The notes beneath the pieces were generated by a model, which had not been told where the DNA came from, did not search any database, and saw only the letters and a program-made list of their open reading frames with translations. This document shows, piece after piece, positions 49,866 to 60,898 of a stretch of DNA of 60,974 nucleotides. Every line of letters begins with the position of its first letter. Position 1 is the first letter of the stretch. The DNA is taken from assembly GCA_035555035.1 (NCBI GenBank), contig DATMHG010000083.1:1-60974 (forward strand), read 5' to 3'. This DNA is from Sphingomicrobium sp. GTDB lineage: Bacteria; Pseudomonadota; Alphaproteobacteria; Sphingomonadales; Sphingomonadaceae. Made by a program: the position numbers and the translations under genes.

Positions 49866-50935
49866 GTGCAGCGTCGATGAAGATCGGGCCCCACACGGTC
49901 GGCCCCGAAGCTCCGCCCTTCATCATCGCCGAACTGTCGGCGAACCACGCGGGCAGCCTCGACCGCGCGATGGAGATCGTCCACGCCGCGGCCGACAATG
50001 GCGCTCACGCAATCAAGCTCCAGACGTTCACGGCCGCGACCCTCTCGATCGACAGCAGCCGCCCGGAATTCTTCATCGATGATCCCGAGAGCCTCTGGCA
50101 CGGTCGCCGCCTGTGGGAGCTGTACGAGGAAGCGCACACGCCCTGGGAATGGCACGCGCCGCTGTTTGAGGCGGCGCGCGCGCGGGGTCTCGCCTGCATC
50201 AGCAGCGCCTTTGACCAGTCGTCGGTCGATTTCCTCGTCGAAATTGGCGCCGACGCTATCAAGATTGCTTCATTCGAGCTGGTGCACATCCCGCTGATCG
50301 AAGCGGCTGCACGAAGCGGGCTGCCGCTGATCGTCTCCACCGGCATGGGCACGCTCGAGGAAATTGACGACGCGGTCGCTGCGCTGCGCAACAACGGCGC
50401 GCGCGAGTTCACTTTGCTCAAATGCACGAGCGCCTATCCGGCGGATGAGAAAGACGCGAACGTTCTCACCATCCCCGACCTCCAGGCCCGCTACGATTGC
50501 ACAGTCGGCATCTCGGACCATACGCTCGGGCCATTCGCCGCCTACGCCGCGGTGGCTCTCGGCGCGACCATGATCGAGAAGCACATCACGCTCCGGCGCG
50601 ACGATGGCGCCCTCGATTCCGCTTTTTCGATGGAGCCGGCGCACCTCAAGGAACTGGCGGAGGGCACACGACTGGTGTGGCTCAGCCGCGGTTCCGTGAG
50701 ATACGGAACGAGCGCGGCAGAGGAGACCTCACGCAGGGAACGGCCATCGATCTACGCAGTGAGTCCGATCGCCGCCGGTGAGGAGATCTCCGCCGACAAA
50801 ATCCGGGTGATCCGTCCGGGCGCCGGACTCGCCCCCAAATTTTTCAACGAGCTGATCGGGCGGCGTGCGGCACAGGACATCGCGGCGGAAACGCCGATGA
50901 ATTGGGCGCTCGTCGAGAGGAGCGAGGATGGCTGA
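49862..50935 (+). CDS. pseI: Pseudaminate synthase (NeuB family)
   Basis: IIAELSANH, KLQT, AHTPWEWH, KIASFE, STGM, KCTSAYP, SDHT, IEKH, D..FS, C-terminal SAF domain. Confidence 0.94.
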   Translation: MSAASMKIGPHTVGPEAPPFIIAELSANHAGSLDRAMEIVHAAADNGAHAIKLQTFTAATLSIDSSRPEFFIDDPESLWHGRRLWELYEEAHTPWEWHAPLFEAARARGLACISSAFDQSSVDFLVEIGADAIKIASFELVHIPLIEAAARSGLPLIVSTGMGTLEEIDDAVAALRNNGAREFTLLKCTSAYPADEKDANVLTIPDLQARYDCTVGISDHTLGPFAAYAAVALGATMIEKHITLRRDDGALDSAFSMEPAHLKELAEGTRLVWLSRGSVRYGTSAAEETSRRERPSIYAVSPIAAGEEISADKIRVIRPGAGLAPKFFNELIGRRAAQDIAAETPMNWALVERSEDG

Positions 50936-51608
50936 GTATCTCGAGACCAACGCCGAATATTGGGAGGGCGAGTACGATGCGCCCAACGTCGAGAACTTCA
51001 TCTTCCGGTTGTACGGCCGGATCCTGAAGCACGATTACGGGATCGACGGCTCCAACCATGAGCGCGTTCTCGACTTCGGCTGCGGCCAGGGTGGTGCGCT
51101 GCACTTCTTCGACAAGCACGGCTTCGACGTCTACGGAGTCGACATCGCCAGGAACGACATCGCCGCCGCGCAGAGGCGGATGCAGCACGTCGCCGATCAC
51201 TTCAAAGTGATCGACCCGCACCCGGACGAAAACCAGCTCTTCTTCGGCGGCGATATGGACGTCGTCATCTCGATCCAGACACTCGATTTCCTGTCCAACA
51301 GCGATTTCGAGAAAGCGATCCGCTGCCTGTACAACAACATGAAACAAGGGGCGAAGATCTACGCCAGCATGAACGGCTGGCAGATGTACTATCGCCAGAA
51401 CGCCGAATATGCCGGCGACGGGCTGTGGCATGTGAAGTTCGACAACGGCCGCGTGAACTACGACCTCTATCTCAATTTCGTCAAAGACAAGGACGAGATG
51501 CGGGAGAAGTTCAAGCTCTTCAAACCGGTCTACCTCGACTATTACGATTCCTCGTTCCGCGAGGAAGGCAGCGAGTTCCGCTACACCTTCTTCGGGATCA
51601 AGGAATGA
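50928..51608 (+). CDS. Class I SAM-dependent methyltransferase
   Basis: VLDFGCGQG motif I, YGVD motif II, DVVIS; overlaps pseI stop. Confidence 0.88.
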   Translation: MAEYLETNAEYWEGEYDAPNVENFIFRLYGRILKHDYGIDGSNHERVLDFGCGQGGALHFFDKHGFDVYGVDIARNDIAAAQRRMQHVADHFKVIDPHPDENQLFFGGDMDVVISIQTLDFLSNSDFEKAIRCLYNNMKQGAKIYASMNGWQMYYRQNAEYAGDGLWHVKFDNGRVNYDLYLNFVKDKDEMREKFKLFKPVYLDYYDSSFREEGSEFRYTFFGIKE

Positions 51609-52774
51609 ACGCACCGTCCGGGCTGAAGCTCAACTCGAACAACGAGTGGGATCCGCTCCAGACCGTCGTCGTCGGAACGGTCGACGACTTCAGCCCTGGT
51701 GTCGAGTTCGCTTCACGCGTGTCGCCAGACATCCGCGATCGCGCTGTCGCGCTCGCCCGAAGCGCGTTCCCGCAAAGCTATCTCGACGAGGTCGGCGAAG
51801 ACCTCGAGGCGTTGTGCGGCATCTTCCGCAAGGCCGGCGTGCAGGTGCTGCGCCCCTCGTGGCGATCGCCGACAGCCGACTTCGATACACCCGACTGGTC
51901 GGCGAGCGGGTTCGACATCTACAACGTGCGCGATCTGCACATCGTGTTCGGCAACACTTTGGTCACGAGCGCGCCGTCCGCGCGATTCCGCCTGTTCGAA
52001 TGCTACGCGCTGCAGGACCTGTTCTACGAACATTTCTTCGAGGCTGGCTTTCGCTGGATCCAGGCGCCGCTGCCGAAGCTGCAAGGCGCTTACCAGCACG
52101 AGATCAGCGGCCCGCGGAGCGATATCGAGGCGACCGAGGACCGGCTTCACCGCAAGCTGAGCGCCGGCCTTGGAGAGGTCTTTCACCGGCTGGACGAGGA
52201 CGAGATCGTCTTCGACGCGGCGAACATCATCCGCATCGACCGGGACCTGCTGTTCCTCGTTTCGAGCACCGGCAATCGCAAGGCGGCCGCCTGGCTGCAG
52301 TCGGCGCTCGGGCCCGACTATCGCGTGCATGTGACCGACACCTACCGTTCGTCGCACCTCGATTCGACGATCCTTCCGCTAAGACGCGGCGTTGCGCTCA
52401 TGAATGGCGCGCGCGTCAGCGCGGACAGCGTTCCGGAGGTGATGAAGAGCTGGAAGAAGCTGTTCTTCGTCGATGTCGCGCCGGTTCCGGAGGAGGAAGT
52501 CAGCTTCCACCGCGATCACCGGCTGCCGATCTACCGCCAGTTACAGGAGCTCGGCGCCGAATCGCCGATCGGGCACATGAGCTCACCGTGGGCGGGGCTG
52601 AACGTCTTCTCGATCGATGAGCAGACCGTCCTCGTGCACGATCGCCAGACCGAAATGATCCGGGTACTGGAGCGCGAAGGCTTCACCGTCGTGCCGGTGC
52701 GGATGCGCCATTGCTACACGATGCTCGGCGGCCTGCACTGCTCGACGCTCGACGTCGTCCGCCAATCTCCATAG
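51605..52774 (+). CDS. Amidinotransferase (AGAT/StrB1 family)
   Basis: SNNEWDPL..VVVG, NVRD, FDAAN, HLDST, GGLHCSTLDV.R; start MNAPS with ATGA overlap. Confidence 0.9.
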   Translation: MNAPSGLKLNSNNEWDPLQTVVVGTVDDFSPGVEFASRVSPDIRDRAVALARSAFPQSYLDEVGEDLEALCGIFRKAGVQVLRPSWRSPTADFDTPDWSASGFDIYNVRDLHIVFGNTLVTSAPSARFRLFECYALQDLFYEHFFEAGFRWIQAPLPKLQGAYQHEISGPRSDIEATEDRLHRKLSAGLGEVFHRLDEDEIVFDAANIIRIDRDLLFLVSSTGNRKAAAWLQSALGPDYRVHVTDTYRSSHLDSTILPLRRGVALMNGARVSADSVPEVMKSWKKLFFVDVAPVPEEEVSFHRDHRLPIYRQLQELGAESPIGHMSSPWAGLNVFSIDEQTVLVHDRQTEMIRVLEREGFTVVPVRMRHCYTMLGGLHCSTLDVVRQSP

Positions 52775-52785
52775 CCGGCAAACCC

Positions 52786-54333
52786 ATGGCTGCGCGCCGT
52801 CCCAAACGCATTCTCATTGCCTCGGCCAATCCCTGGTCGTTCTGCATGGCGGTGGAGCGGGAGCTCGCTGCCATCCATTCGGAGGACGAGGTCGATGCGA
52901 TCGACCTGTTCACTTTGTGCGGCAAGGCTTCCCCGCACTGGCGCCGGCGTGACAAGATCATTGAATCGCTGAATCGCAAGATTGATCGCTTCGTGATGCC
53001 GGCGATCAACGGGCGAAACATCACCTCTGAGATCCACATCGAACGTGCGCCCGTACCACCTCTGCCCCGAACCTACGCCGAGCTCCGGAAATATGAGCTG
53101 GGCGGCGCAAAGCTCGGGCTGGCGGTGCTCAGCTCGGTGTCGAGTCTGACGACCATCCAGTTTCCCGAAAGCCTCGCAGAATATGGGGCGGTGCTGAAGC
53201 CCGCGTGGCAGTCCGCTCACCTGTCGCTACGCGCCGGCGAGGTGGTGCGCGGCCTCGGCTACGACCGCATCCACATCTTCAACGGGCGGCATTGTTACTC
53301 GCGACCGTTCTGCGACGTGCTCGATCAAGCCAGCGAAGTGATCCGCTACGAGCAGGGTTCGGCCGGAAACCGGTACATCACGGCGCCCGGCCCGGTGCAG
53401 CACCCCGTCGAGATCGCGCGGCTCATGGAGGAGCATCGCCTCGACGGTGCCGCAGGGGAGAGCTTCTACCGAGAGCGCTTCGAGAAGCACGCAAGCTCGG
53501 AAGCGAGCTTCTTCACAGCGCCTCAGCGTTCGGGCGCCTTGCCGGAGACCCTCGAGGGCCAGAAGATCGTCACCTTCTTCACCTCGTCGTCGGACGAGCT
53601 GTTCGCGGCTTTCGACGACACCTCCTACGGCAGCTTTGCAAACCAGCACGAGATTGCCCTCGCCGTCGCCGACATCTGCAAAGCGCAAGGACTGCGGCTT
53701 GTCGTCCGGCTCCATCCGCACTTGCGGTTCAAGCATCGGACCTGGACGCGTGAGTGGGATTTCGCCGAGCTCAAGCGCAGAGGAGTCCTGGTCCTCGAGC
53801 CCGAAGATCCGACCGACAGCTATGAGCTCCTGCGCTCGTGTTATGCGGTGATCAGCACCGGTTCGACCGTGGGGATCGAGGCTTCATACCTCGGCATTCC
53901 CAACGCCGTCGTTGGGATCTGCGTCGCCGGGTGCCTCGGCGCGTCGGTCGTGGCGGACACGACTGACGAGCTCGCGCGCTTCATCTTGAAGCCGGAGCTT
54001 CCGCCCAATGCGCGCGAAGCCGCGCTGCGGTTCGGTTCATTCTACAAGACCGGCGGCAAGCTCCTGCCCGAGCTCGACGTCGGCATTCACCCGAACATGG
54101 CGCGCATAGATGGCCGCATCGTCGATCCCGTGCGCTATGCGGCGCAAAAGCTGCGCTTCCTGTTCCGCCGGCCCGCCGATCCTGATGCGCTCGACGTCAG
54201 GTCCGGCATGCAGGCGGGGCGCGTGCTACTTCCGCCGGGGACCGACTATTCGTCGGCTTACGGAAAGGCGGCGACGTCCGGCGGCACGAAGTTCCGCCGG
54301 GCTTCGACCGAAAATAGCCTTTCAGGCGAGTAG
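52786..54333 (+). CDS. KpsS/KpsC-like GT-B protein; candidate CMP-nonulosonate transferase
   Basis: FNGR..Y..P, YE.G, SSSDE, VVRLHP, SYEL, GSTVGIEA..LG.P; last gene of the pse operon. Confidence 0.65.
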   Translation: MAARRPKRILIASANPWSFCMAVERELAAIHSEDEVDAIDLFTLCGKASPHWRRRDKIIESLNRKIDRFVMPAINGRNITSEIHIERAPVPPLPRTYAELRKYELGGAKLGLAVLSSVSSLTTIQFPESLAEYGAVLKPAWQSAHLSLRAGEVVRGLGYDRIHIFNGRHCYSRPFCDVLDQASEVIRYEQGSAGNRYITAPGPVQHPVEIARLMEEHRLDGAAGESFYRERFEKHASSEASFFTAPQRSGALPETLEGQKIVTFFTSSSDELFAAFDDTSYGSFANQHEIALAVADICKAQGLRLVVRLHPHLRFKHRTWTREWDFAELKRRGVLVLEPEDPTDSYELLRSCYAVISTGSTVGIEASYLGIPNAVVGICVAGCLGASVVADTTDELARFILKPELPPNAREAALRFGSFYKTGGKLLPELDVGIHPNMARIDGRIVDPVRYAAQKLRFLFRRPADPDALDVRSGMQAGRVLLPPGTDYSSAYGKAATSGGTKFRRASTENSLSGE

Positions 54334-54704
54334 AAGCGGAACGGCCAGTCGCGGCACCCTATCGGCGACAACAGCAGCTCGTTGACGAGCTCGTACAGCG
54401 GCGCCTTCGGGTCTGCCTCCGACAGGAACAGCCGGACGCCATGCAGGAACGCGCGAGTGATCGTCTCGTGATAGCCTTCGCTGTCGCTGTTCACGCCGCC
54501 GACGCTCTCGTTGTAGCGGCGGATGATCCCCGGCAGCTCCTTGTCGACATCCACGTCCGGGCGCCGCAGCAGCAGGTAGGCCGTCGCCGCGATGTGGGCC
54601 TCGTGAGTCCACTCCGGCCGCGGCAGCGTGCGGGCGAGCAGGCCTTCGCCGATATGTTCGACCTCGGCGTCGGAATGGAACAGTCTTGGGCGGAATTCGG
54701 TCAT
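54258..54704 (-). CDS. Conserved hypothetical protein
   Basis: WTHEAHI, GYHETIT, YSPERLFS..AR motifs; AAGGA SD; follows pckA. Confidence 0.8.
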   Translation of the reverse strand: MTEFRPRLFHSDAEVEHIGEGLLARTLPRPEWTHEAHIAATAYLLLRRPDVDVDKELPGIIRRYNESVGGVNSDSEGYHETITRAFLHGVRLFLSEADPKAPLYELVNELLLSPIGCRDWPFRFYSPERLFSVEARRNFVPPDVAAFP

Positions 54705-54724
54705 CGATCAGGGTCCTTCAGGAG

Positions 54725-54744
54725 GGCCCGATCACGACCGGGCC
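54725..54744 (-). terminator. GC hairpin directly after the pckA stop
   Basis: GGCCCG-ATCACGAC-CGGGCC; no clear U-tract. Confidence 0.35.
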
Positions 54745-56385
<1,641 letters not shown>

Positions 56386-56576
56386 TTTAGCAAACACCTT
56401 TCTCAAATACTCGAATGCGGCGGCGACCGTCTGGGGTGCCGCCGCATGCCAATGCCTGGCAGGCCTATACGCATGAAACGCTTGCGCGGTCAAAACAGTT
56501 GGGCGTGCTTGTCTCACCGGGAGACGACAGTTAAGCCCTTGGCTCGTCAACCGACTGGGGCACAGGCAAGGAGCGC

Positions 56577-57287
56577 ATGAGCCAGGTGATCGCGCTGGTC
56601 GACGACGACCGCAATATCCTGACCTCGGTGTCCATCGCCCTTCAACAGGAAGGCTTCATTGCGCGGGTCTATTCCGACCCCGCGATGGCGCTTCGGGCGA
56701 TTTCCGACAACGCGCCGGACCTCGGGGTGTTCGACATCAAGATGCCGGGCATGGACGGGATGGAGCTGCTCCGCCGAGTCCGCGAATTCAGCTCGATCCC
56801 GGTGATCTTCCTGACGTCGAAAGACGATGAGCTGGACGAGGCGCTTGGGCTCGCGATGGGGGCGGACGATTACATTTCCAAGCCTTTCTCGCAGCGTCTG
56901 CTGGTCGCCCGGATCAGGGCGCTTCTGCGGCGGCAGGAGCTGGCGCGCGGCGAGGCCACGGCCGGAAGCGAGCAGCCGGAGCCGCCACTCCTCGAGCGAG
57001 GGCGCCTCGCCATGGACCCCGCGCGGCACAAGGTCCGCTGGGACGAAAAGGACGTCAGCCTGACGGTCACCGAGTTCCTGATCCTCGAAGCGCTCGCCCA
57101 ACGTCCCGGCGTCGTCAAAACCCGCAATCAATTGCTCGATGTGGCCTATAATGACGATGTTTATGTCGACGACCGCACCATCGACAGCCACATCAAGCGA
57201 ATCCGGCGCAAGTTCCGCGCCGCAGCCCCCGACTTCGATGCAATCGACACTCTCTATGGCGTCGGATACCGCTTCGACGAACAGTGA
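56577..57287 (+). CDS. chvI: OmpR-family response regulator ChvI
   Basis: [32 protein letters not shown]; divergent from pckA. Confidence 0.95.
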   Translation: MSQVIALVDDDRNILTSVSIALQQEGFIARVYSDPAMALRAISDNAPDLGVFDIKMPGMDGMELLRRVREFSSIPVIFLTSKDDELDEALGLAMGADDYISKPFSQRLLVARIRALLRRQELARGEATAGSEQPEPPLLERGRLAMDPARHKVRWDEKDVSLTVTEFLILEALAQRPGVVKTRNQLLDVAYNDDVYVDDRTIDSHIKRIRRKFRAAAPDFDAIDTLYGVGYRFDEQ

Positions 57288-58827
57288 AGAGTCCGACCTG
57301 ACTTTGCGCTGGTCGGGCCGGTGGACTCTCGCGCACAGGATTCTGGCTCTTAATCTGCTGACCTTCGTGCTGGTCGCGCTCAGCACCCTGTATCTCGACG
57401 TGTTCCGCAATCGGCTGAGCAAGGAGCGGACGCAACAGACCCGGATCGAGACTCAGACCGCCGCCGCCGCCATTGCCCACGTGCCTCGAGAGCAATGGCC
57501 GGTCGTCCTCGCCGATATCTCAATGGCTACTCGCGATCGCCTGCGTCTTTATGGAGCCGACGGCAGGCTTGTGATCGACAGCTGGACGCGGATTGGCCCC
57601 ACCTACGAACTCGTCGATCCGAGCACTCAGAAATGGACCAAGGACGTCGCTCGCGCGCTAGACCGCGGCTTCAACGTCCTCGTCGGAGCAAGACCGCTCG
57701 ACGAGTTTGTCGAGCCCGCGTCCGATCGGCTCCAGGCGTGGCCCGAAGCGGTGCGGGCACGTCAGCGCAAAGGATCAGCGACCGAGGTGCGCAACGCGCC
57801 CGACCTGACACCGGTGATTTCCGCGGCCGTGCCAGTGGACGGCGGCGTGCTGCTGGCGACGAACAACGACCGCAGCTTCACGCGAGCGGTCCGCGCCCAA
57901 CGAGGCGTTATCGTTAGCGCCATGACGGCAGTCATCCTGCTGTCCGTGCTCCTGTCGATCTTTCTCGCGCGCACGATCGTCCGCCCGCTCCGGCGGCTGG
58001 CGCTCGCGGCGCATCGGGTGCGCCTCGGCCGATCCCGCGAGGTGCGCGTGCCCCGGCTTCCCTCGCGCAACGACGAAATCGGACTGCTCGCCCGTGCCGT
58101 CTCCGACATGAGCCAGTCGCTGCGGCAGCGGATCGACAATATGGAGGCGTTCGCCGCCGATGTGACCCACGAGCTCAAGAACCCTCTCGCTTCGCTGCGC
58201 TCGGCCGTCGACGGCCTCGACCGCGTCGAGGACCCGGAGCTTCGCCGCAAGCTGATGACCATCGCTCGCGAAGACGTCGGCCGGCTCGATCGGCTGATCA
58301 ACGATATCAGCGAGGCCGCGCGCACCGACGCGGAGCTCGCGCGCGCGACGTTCGACCGTGTCGACCTCGGACCGCTGATCGAGCAGCTGGTCCATAGCTG
58401 GGAGACGCGGCGCGAGACCGGCGATGCTCGGATCGCCTTCGCCCGGCCGCGCAGGGATACGGCGACGGTGATGGGCAAGCCCGATCGCCTCGCCCGGGCG
58501 ATCAACAACATCATCGACAATGCGGTGAGCTTCTCGCCGCCGGGCGGTCTCGTCGAGATTGCGGCGGCGCGGGTCGGCGACGAAGTCCGCATTCGAATCG
58601 ACGACGAGGGTCCTGGAGTGCCGGAGGAAGCGCGGGAAGCGATCTTTAACCGCTTCCATTCAGTACGACCGGAGGGAGAGGAATTCGGGCGGCATTCGGG
58701 CCTGGGCCTTGCGATTGCCCGCGCGATTGTCGAAGGACATGACGGAGAAATTGACGTGCACGACCGAGACGATGCTCCATCTGGCGCCCGCTTCACCATC
58801 CGCCTTCCGGCGGCGGACCGCGCATGA
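57256..58827 (+). CDS. chvG: Sensor histidine kinase ChvG
   Basis: 2 [32 protein letters not shown]; synteny. Confidence 0.92.
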   Translation: MASDTASTNSEESDLTLRWSGRWTLAHRILALNLLTFVLVALSTLYLDVFRNRLSKERTQQTRIETQTAAAAIAHVPREQWPVVLADISMATRDRLRLYGADGRLVIDSWTRIGPTYELVDPSTQKWTKDVARALDRGFNVLVGARPLDEFVEPASDRLQAWPEAVRARQRKGSATEVRNAPDLTPVISAAVPVDGGVLLATNNDRSFTRAVRAQRGVIVSAMTAVILLSVLLSIFLARTIVRPLRRLALAAHRVRLGRSREVRVPRLPSRNDEIGLLARAVSDMSQSLRQRIDNMEAFAADVTHELKNPLASLRSAVDGLDRVEDPELRRKLMTIAREDVGRLDRLINDISEAARTDAELARATFDRVDLGPLIEQLVHSWETRRETGDARIAFARPRRDTATVMGKPDRLARAINNIIDNAVSFSPPGGLVEIAAARVGDEVRIRIDDEGPGVPEEAREAIFNRFHSVRPEGEEFGRHSGLGLAIARAIVEGHDGEIDVHDRDDAPSGARFTIRLPAADRA

Positions 58828-59279
58828 ACCCGGTCAGCGCTCCGGGTCAGCGGATTTCCGCTGAAACGCTTCACGCAAGCGCTGTCGCCACCGAGGGGCG
58901 TGCGGTTCTCATCTCCGGACCGTCGGGCTCGGGCAAGTCCGACCTCGCGCTCCGCCTGCTCGATCGCGGCTTCACTTTGGTCAGCGACGACCGCACTCTG
59001 GTGAGGAAGGACGGCGACCGGCTGATTGCTTCCGCGCCGCCGAATCTCGCCGGCAAGCTCGAGATCCGCGGGATCGGGATCGTCGACATGGACGTCCTCA
59101 GCGATGTTCCCGTCGCGCTGTTCGTCGAGCTGACCAGCGAGATCCAGCGGCTTCCGGACGAGAATCGCGAGCGTCCCGTGCTCGGCGTGCGCGTCCCGCT
59201 GATCAGCATCGACGCGATGAGCGCCTCGGCGCCTTCGAAGGTCGCCCTCGCGCTCGATCGCATGGGTCTCCGCTTCTGA
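58824..59279 (+). CDS. hprK: Short HPr kinase/phosphorylase
   Basis: LHASAV, GPSGSGKSD, LVSDD, LEIRGIGI. Confidence 0.9.
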   Translation: MNPVSAPGQRISAETLHASAVATEGRAVLISGPSGSGKSDLALRLLDRGFTLVSDDRTLVRKDGDRLIASAPPNLAGKLEIRGIGIVDMDVLSDVPVALFVELTSEIQRLPDENRERPVLGVRVPLISIDAMSASAPSKVALALDRMGLRF

Positions 59280-60217
59280 TGCCGGAGGCGCGGCGCGCGC
59301 CGCGCCTGTTGCTCGTCACCGGCATGTCCGGTGCGGGCAAGTCCACGGTCCTCGACGCGCTCGAAGACATGGGATGGGACGTTGTCGACAACCTGCCCGC
59401 GGATCTTCTCGGGGCGTTCGTCCACGGCGAGACCGAATGTCGCACAGCGCATGTCGCGGTCGGAATGGACGTGCGCAGCCGCGGCTTCGATCCCGAGCAC
59501 CTGCCCGAGCGCCTTCACACGATCGCAGGCGTCCAGGCCGAAATCCTCTATCTCGATTGCGGCAAGGCCGAGCTGATCCGCCGCTATGACGAAACCAGGC
59601 GGCTGCATCCGCTCGCCGCCGACCGTCCGGCCGAAGACGGGATTGCCCGCGAACGCCGCCTCACTTTCCCGCTGCGCAGCGCGGCGGACAGCGTGCTCGA
59701 CACGACCGACCTCACGCCCGCCGAGCTGAGGGACGAACTGCGGCTCCGCTACGGCGGCGATTCCGATCAGCCGGTGCTGACGGTTTCGTCGTTCGCCTTC
59801 GCCCGCGGTATTTCGCGAACCGCGGATCTGGTGTTCGACCTGCGCTTCGTTCCCAATCCGCACTGGATCGACGAGCTCCGGCCGCTGACCGGCGAAGACG
59901 TCCCGGTGCGGGACTATCTCAGCCGCCAACCCGAGTGGAACGAGGCGCTCGACCGCATCGAATCGCTTCTCATCGACTGGATTCCCCGCTACTGGGCTGC
60001 CGACAAAAGTTACGTGACCGTTGCGTTCGGATGCACTGGAGGACGCCACCGCTCGGTCGCCGCGGCCGTCGAGATGGCGGAGCGGTTGCGCAAAGCGGGT
60101 TTCAGCCCCAACGTGCGCCACCGCGATCTTGCCTCGCCGCCCAGCGACACGGTTGAGCGACATCCTGGCGAACGACATCCGGCACGCGCCGCGGAAAGCG
60201 AGAGCGAAGGCAGTTGA
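59279..60217 (+). CDS. rapZ: RNase adapter RapZ family P-loop protein
   Basis: VTGMSGAGKS, VDNLP, ETRR.HP, DLRFVPNPHW, GCTGGRHRSV. Confidence 0.93.
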   Translation: MPEARRAPRLLLVTGMSGAGKSTVLDALEDMGWDVVDNLPADLLGAFVHGETECRTAHVAVGMDVRSRGFDPEHLPERLHTIAGVQAEILYLDCGKAELIRRYDETRRLHPLAADRPAEDGIARERRLTFPLRSAADSVLDTTDLTPAELRDELRLRYGGDSDQPVLTVSSFAFARGISRTADLVFDLRFVPNPHWIDELRPLTGEDVPVRDYLSRQPEWNEALDRIESLLIDWIPRYWAADKSYVTVAFGCTGGRHRSVAAAVEMAERLRKAGFSPNVRHRDLASPPSDTVERHPGERHPARAAESESEGS

Positions 60218-60221
60218 GTCA

Positions 60222-60629
60222 ATGATCGGATTGGTGCTGGTGACCCACGGCCGCCTTGCGGCCGAGTTCATCACCGCAATGGAGCATGTGGTCGGGCCGC
60301 AGGACGCGATCGAGGCGATCTGCATCGGCCCCGACGACGACATGGAAGCCAGGCGCAAGGACATCGGCGACGCGATCGGGCGTGTCGAGCAAGGCCAGGG
60401 CGTCATCATCCTCACCGACCTGTTCGGCGGCACCCCGTCGAATCTCGCGATCAGCCTGATGAAGAGCGAGAACATCGAGGTGATCGCGGGCGTGAACCTG
60501 CCGATGCTCATCCGTCTTGAGGGCGCGCGCAAGGTGATGCCGGTCCACGCCGCCGTCGCCGCGGCCCGCGAGGCCGGCCGCAAGTACATCTCCGTCGCGA
60601 GCGAGATCCTCGGCGAGGCCGCCGCTTGA
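60222..60629 (+). CDS. PTS EIIA (mannose family)
   Basis: LVTHG, LTDLFGGTPSN, AGVNLPM. Confidence 0.95.
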   Translation: MIGLVLVTHGRLAAEFITAMEHVVGPQDAIEAICIGPDDDMEARRKDIGDAIGRVEQGQGVIILTDLFGGTPSNLAISLMKSENIEVIAGVNLPMLIRLEGARKVMPVHAAVAAAREAGRKYISVASEILGEAAA

Positions 60630-60898
60630 CGGCGGTCAGCCGCGAGGTCCGGATCACCAACCAACGCGGGCTCCACGCACGGGCCAGCGCGAAGTTCGTC
60701 AATCTGGCGAGCGAAATCGACGCCAAGATCGATGTCGAGAAGGACGGGCACAAGGTCTGCGGCACCTCGATCATGGGGCTGATGATGCTGGGAGCGGCGA
60801 TGGGCGATTCCATCGTCATCCATTGCGAAGGACCCTATTCCGAGCAGGCGCTCGAGAAGCTGGTCGAGCTGGTCGAAAGCCGCTTCGGCGAAGAATAA
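60626..60898 (+). CDS. HPr-family phosphocarrier
   Basis: NQRGLHARAS, SIMGLMML. Confidence 0.95.
   Translation: MTAVSREVRITNQRGLHARASAKFVNLASEIDAKIDVEKDGHKVCGTSIMGLMMLGAAMGDSIVIHCEGPYSEQALEKLVELVESRFGEE

Noticed and set aside
51605-52774. Amidinotransferase as arginine deiminase or part of a cyanotoxin/streptomycin cluster
   Set aside because: NEWDPL and FDAA motifs fit amidinotransferases; no arc genes, PKS/NRPS or inositol-pathway genes nearby.
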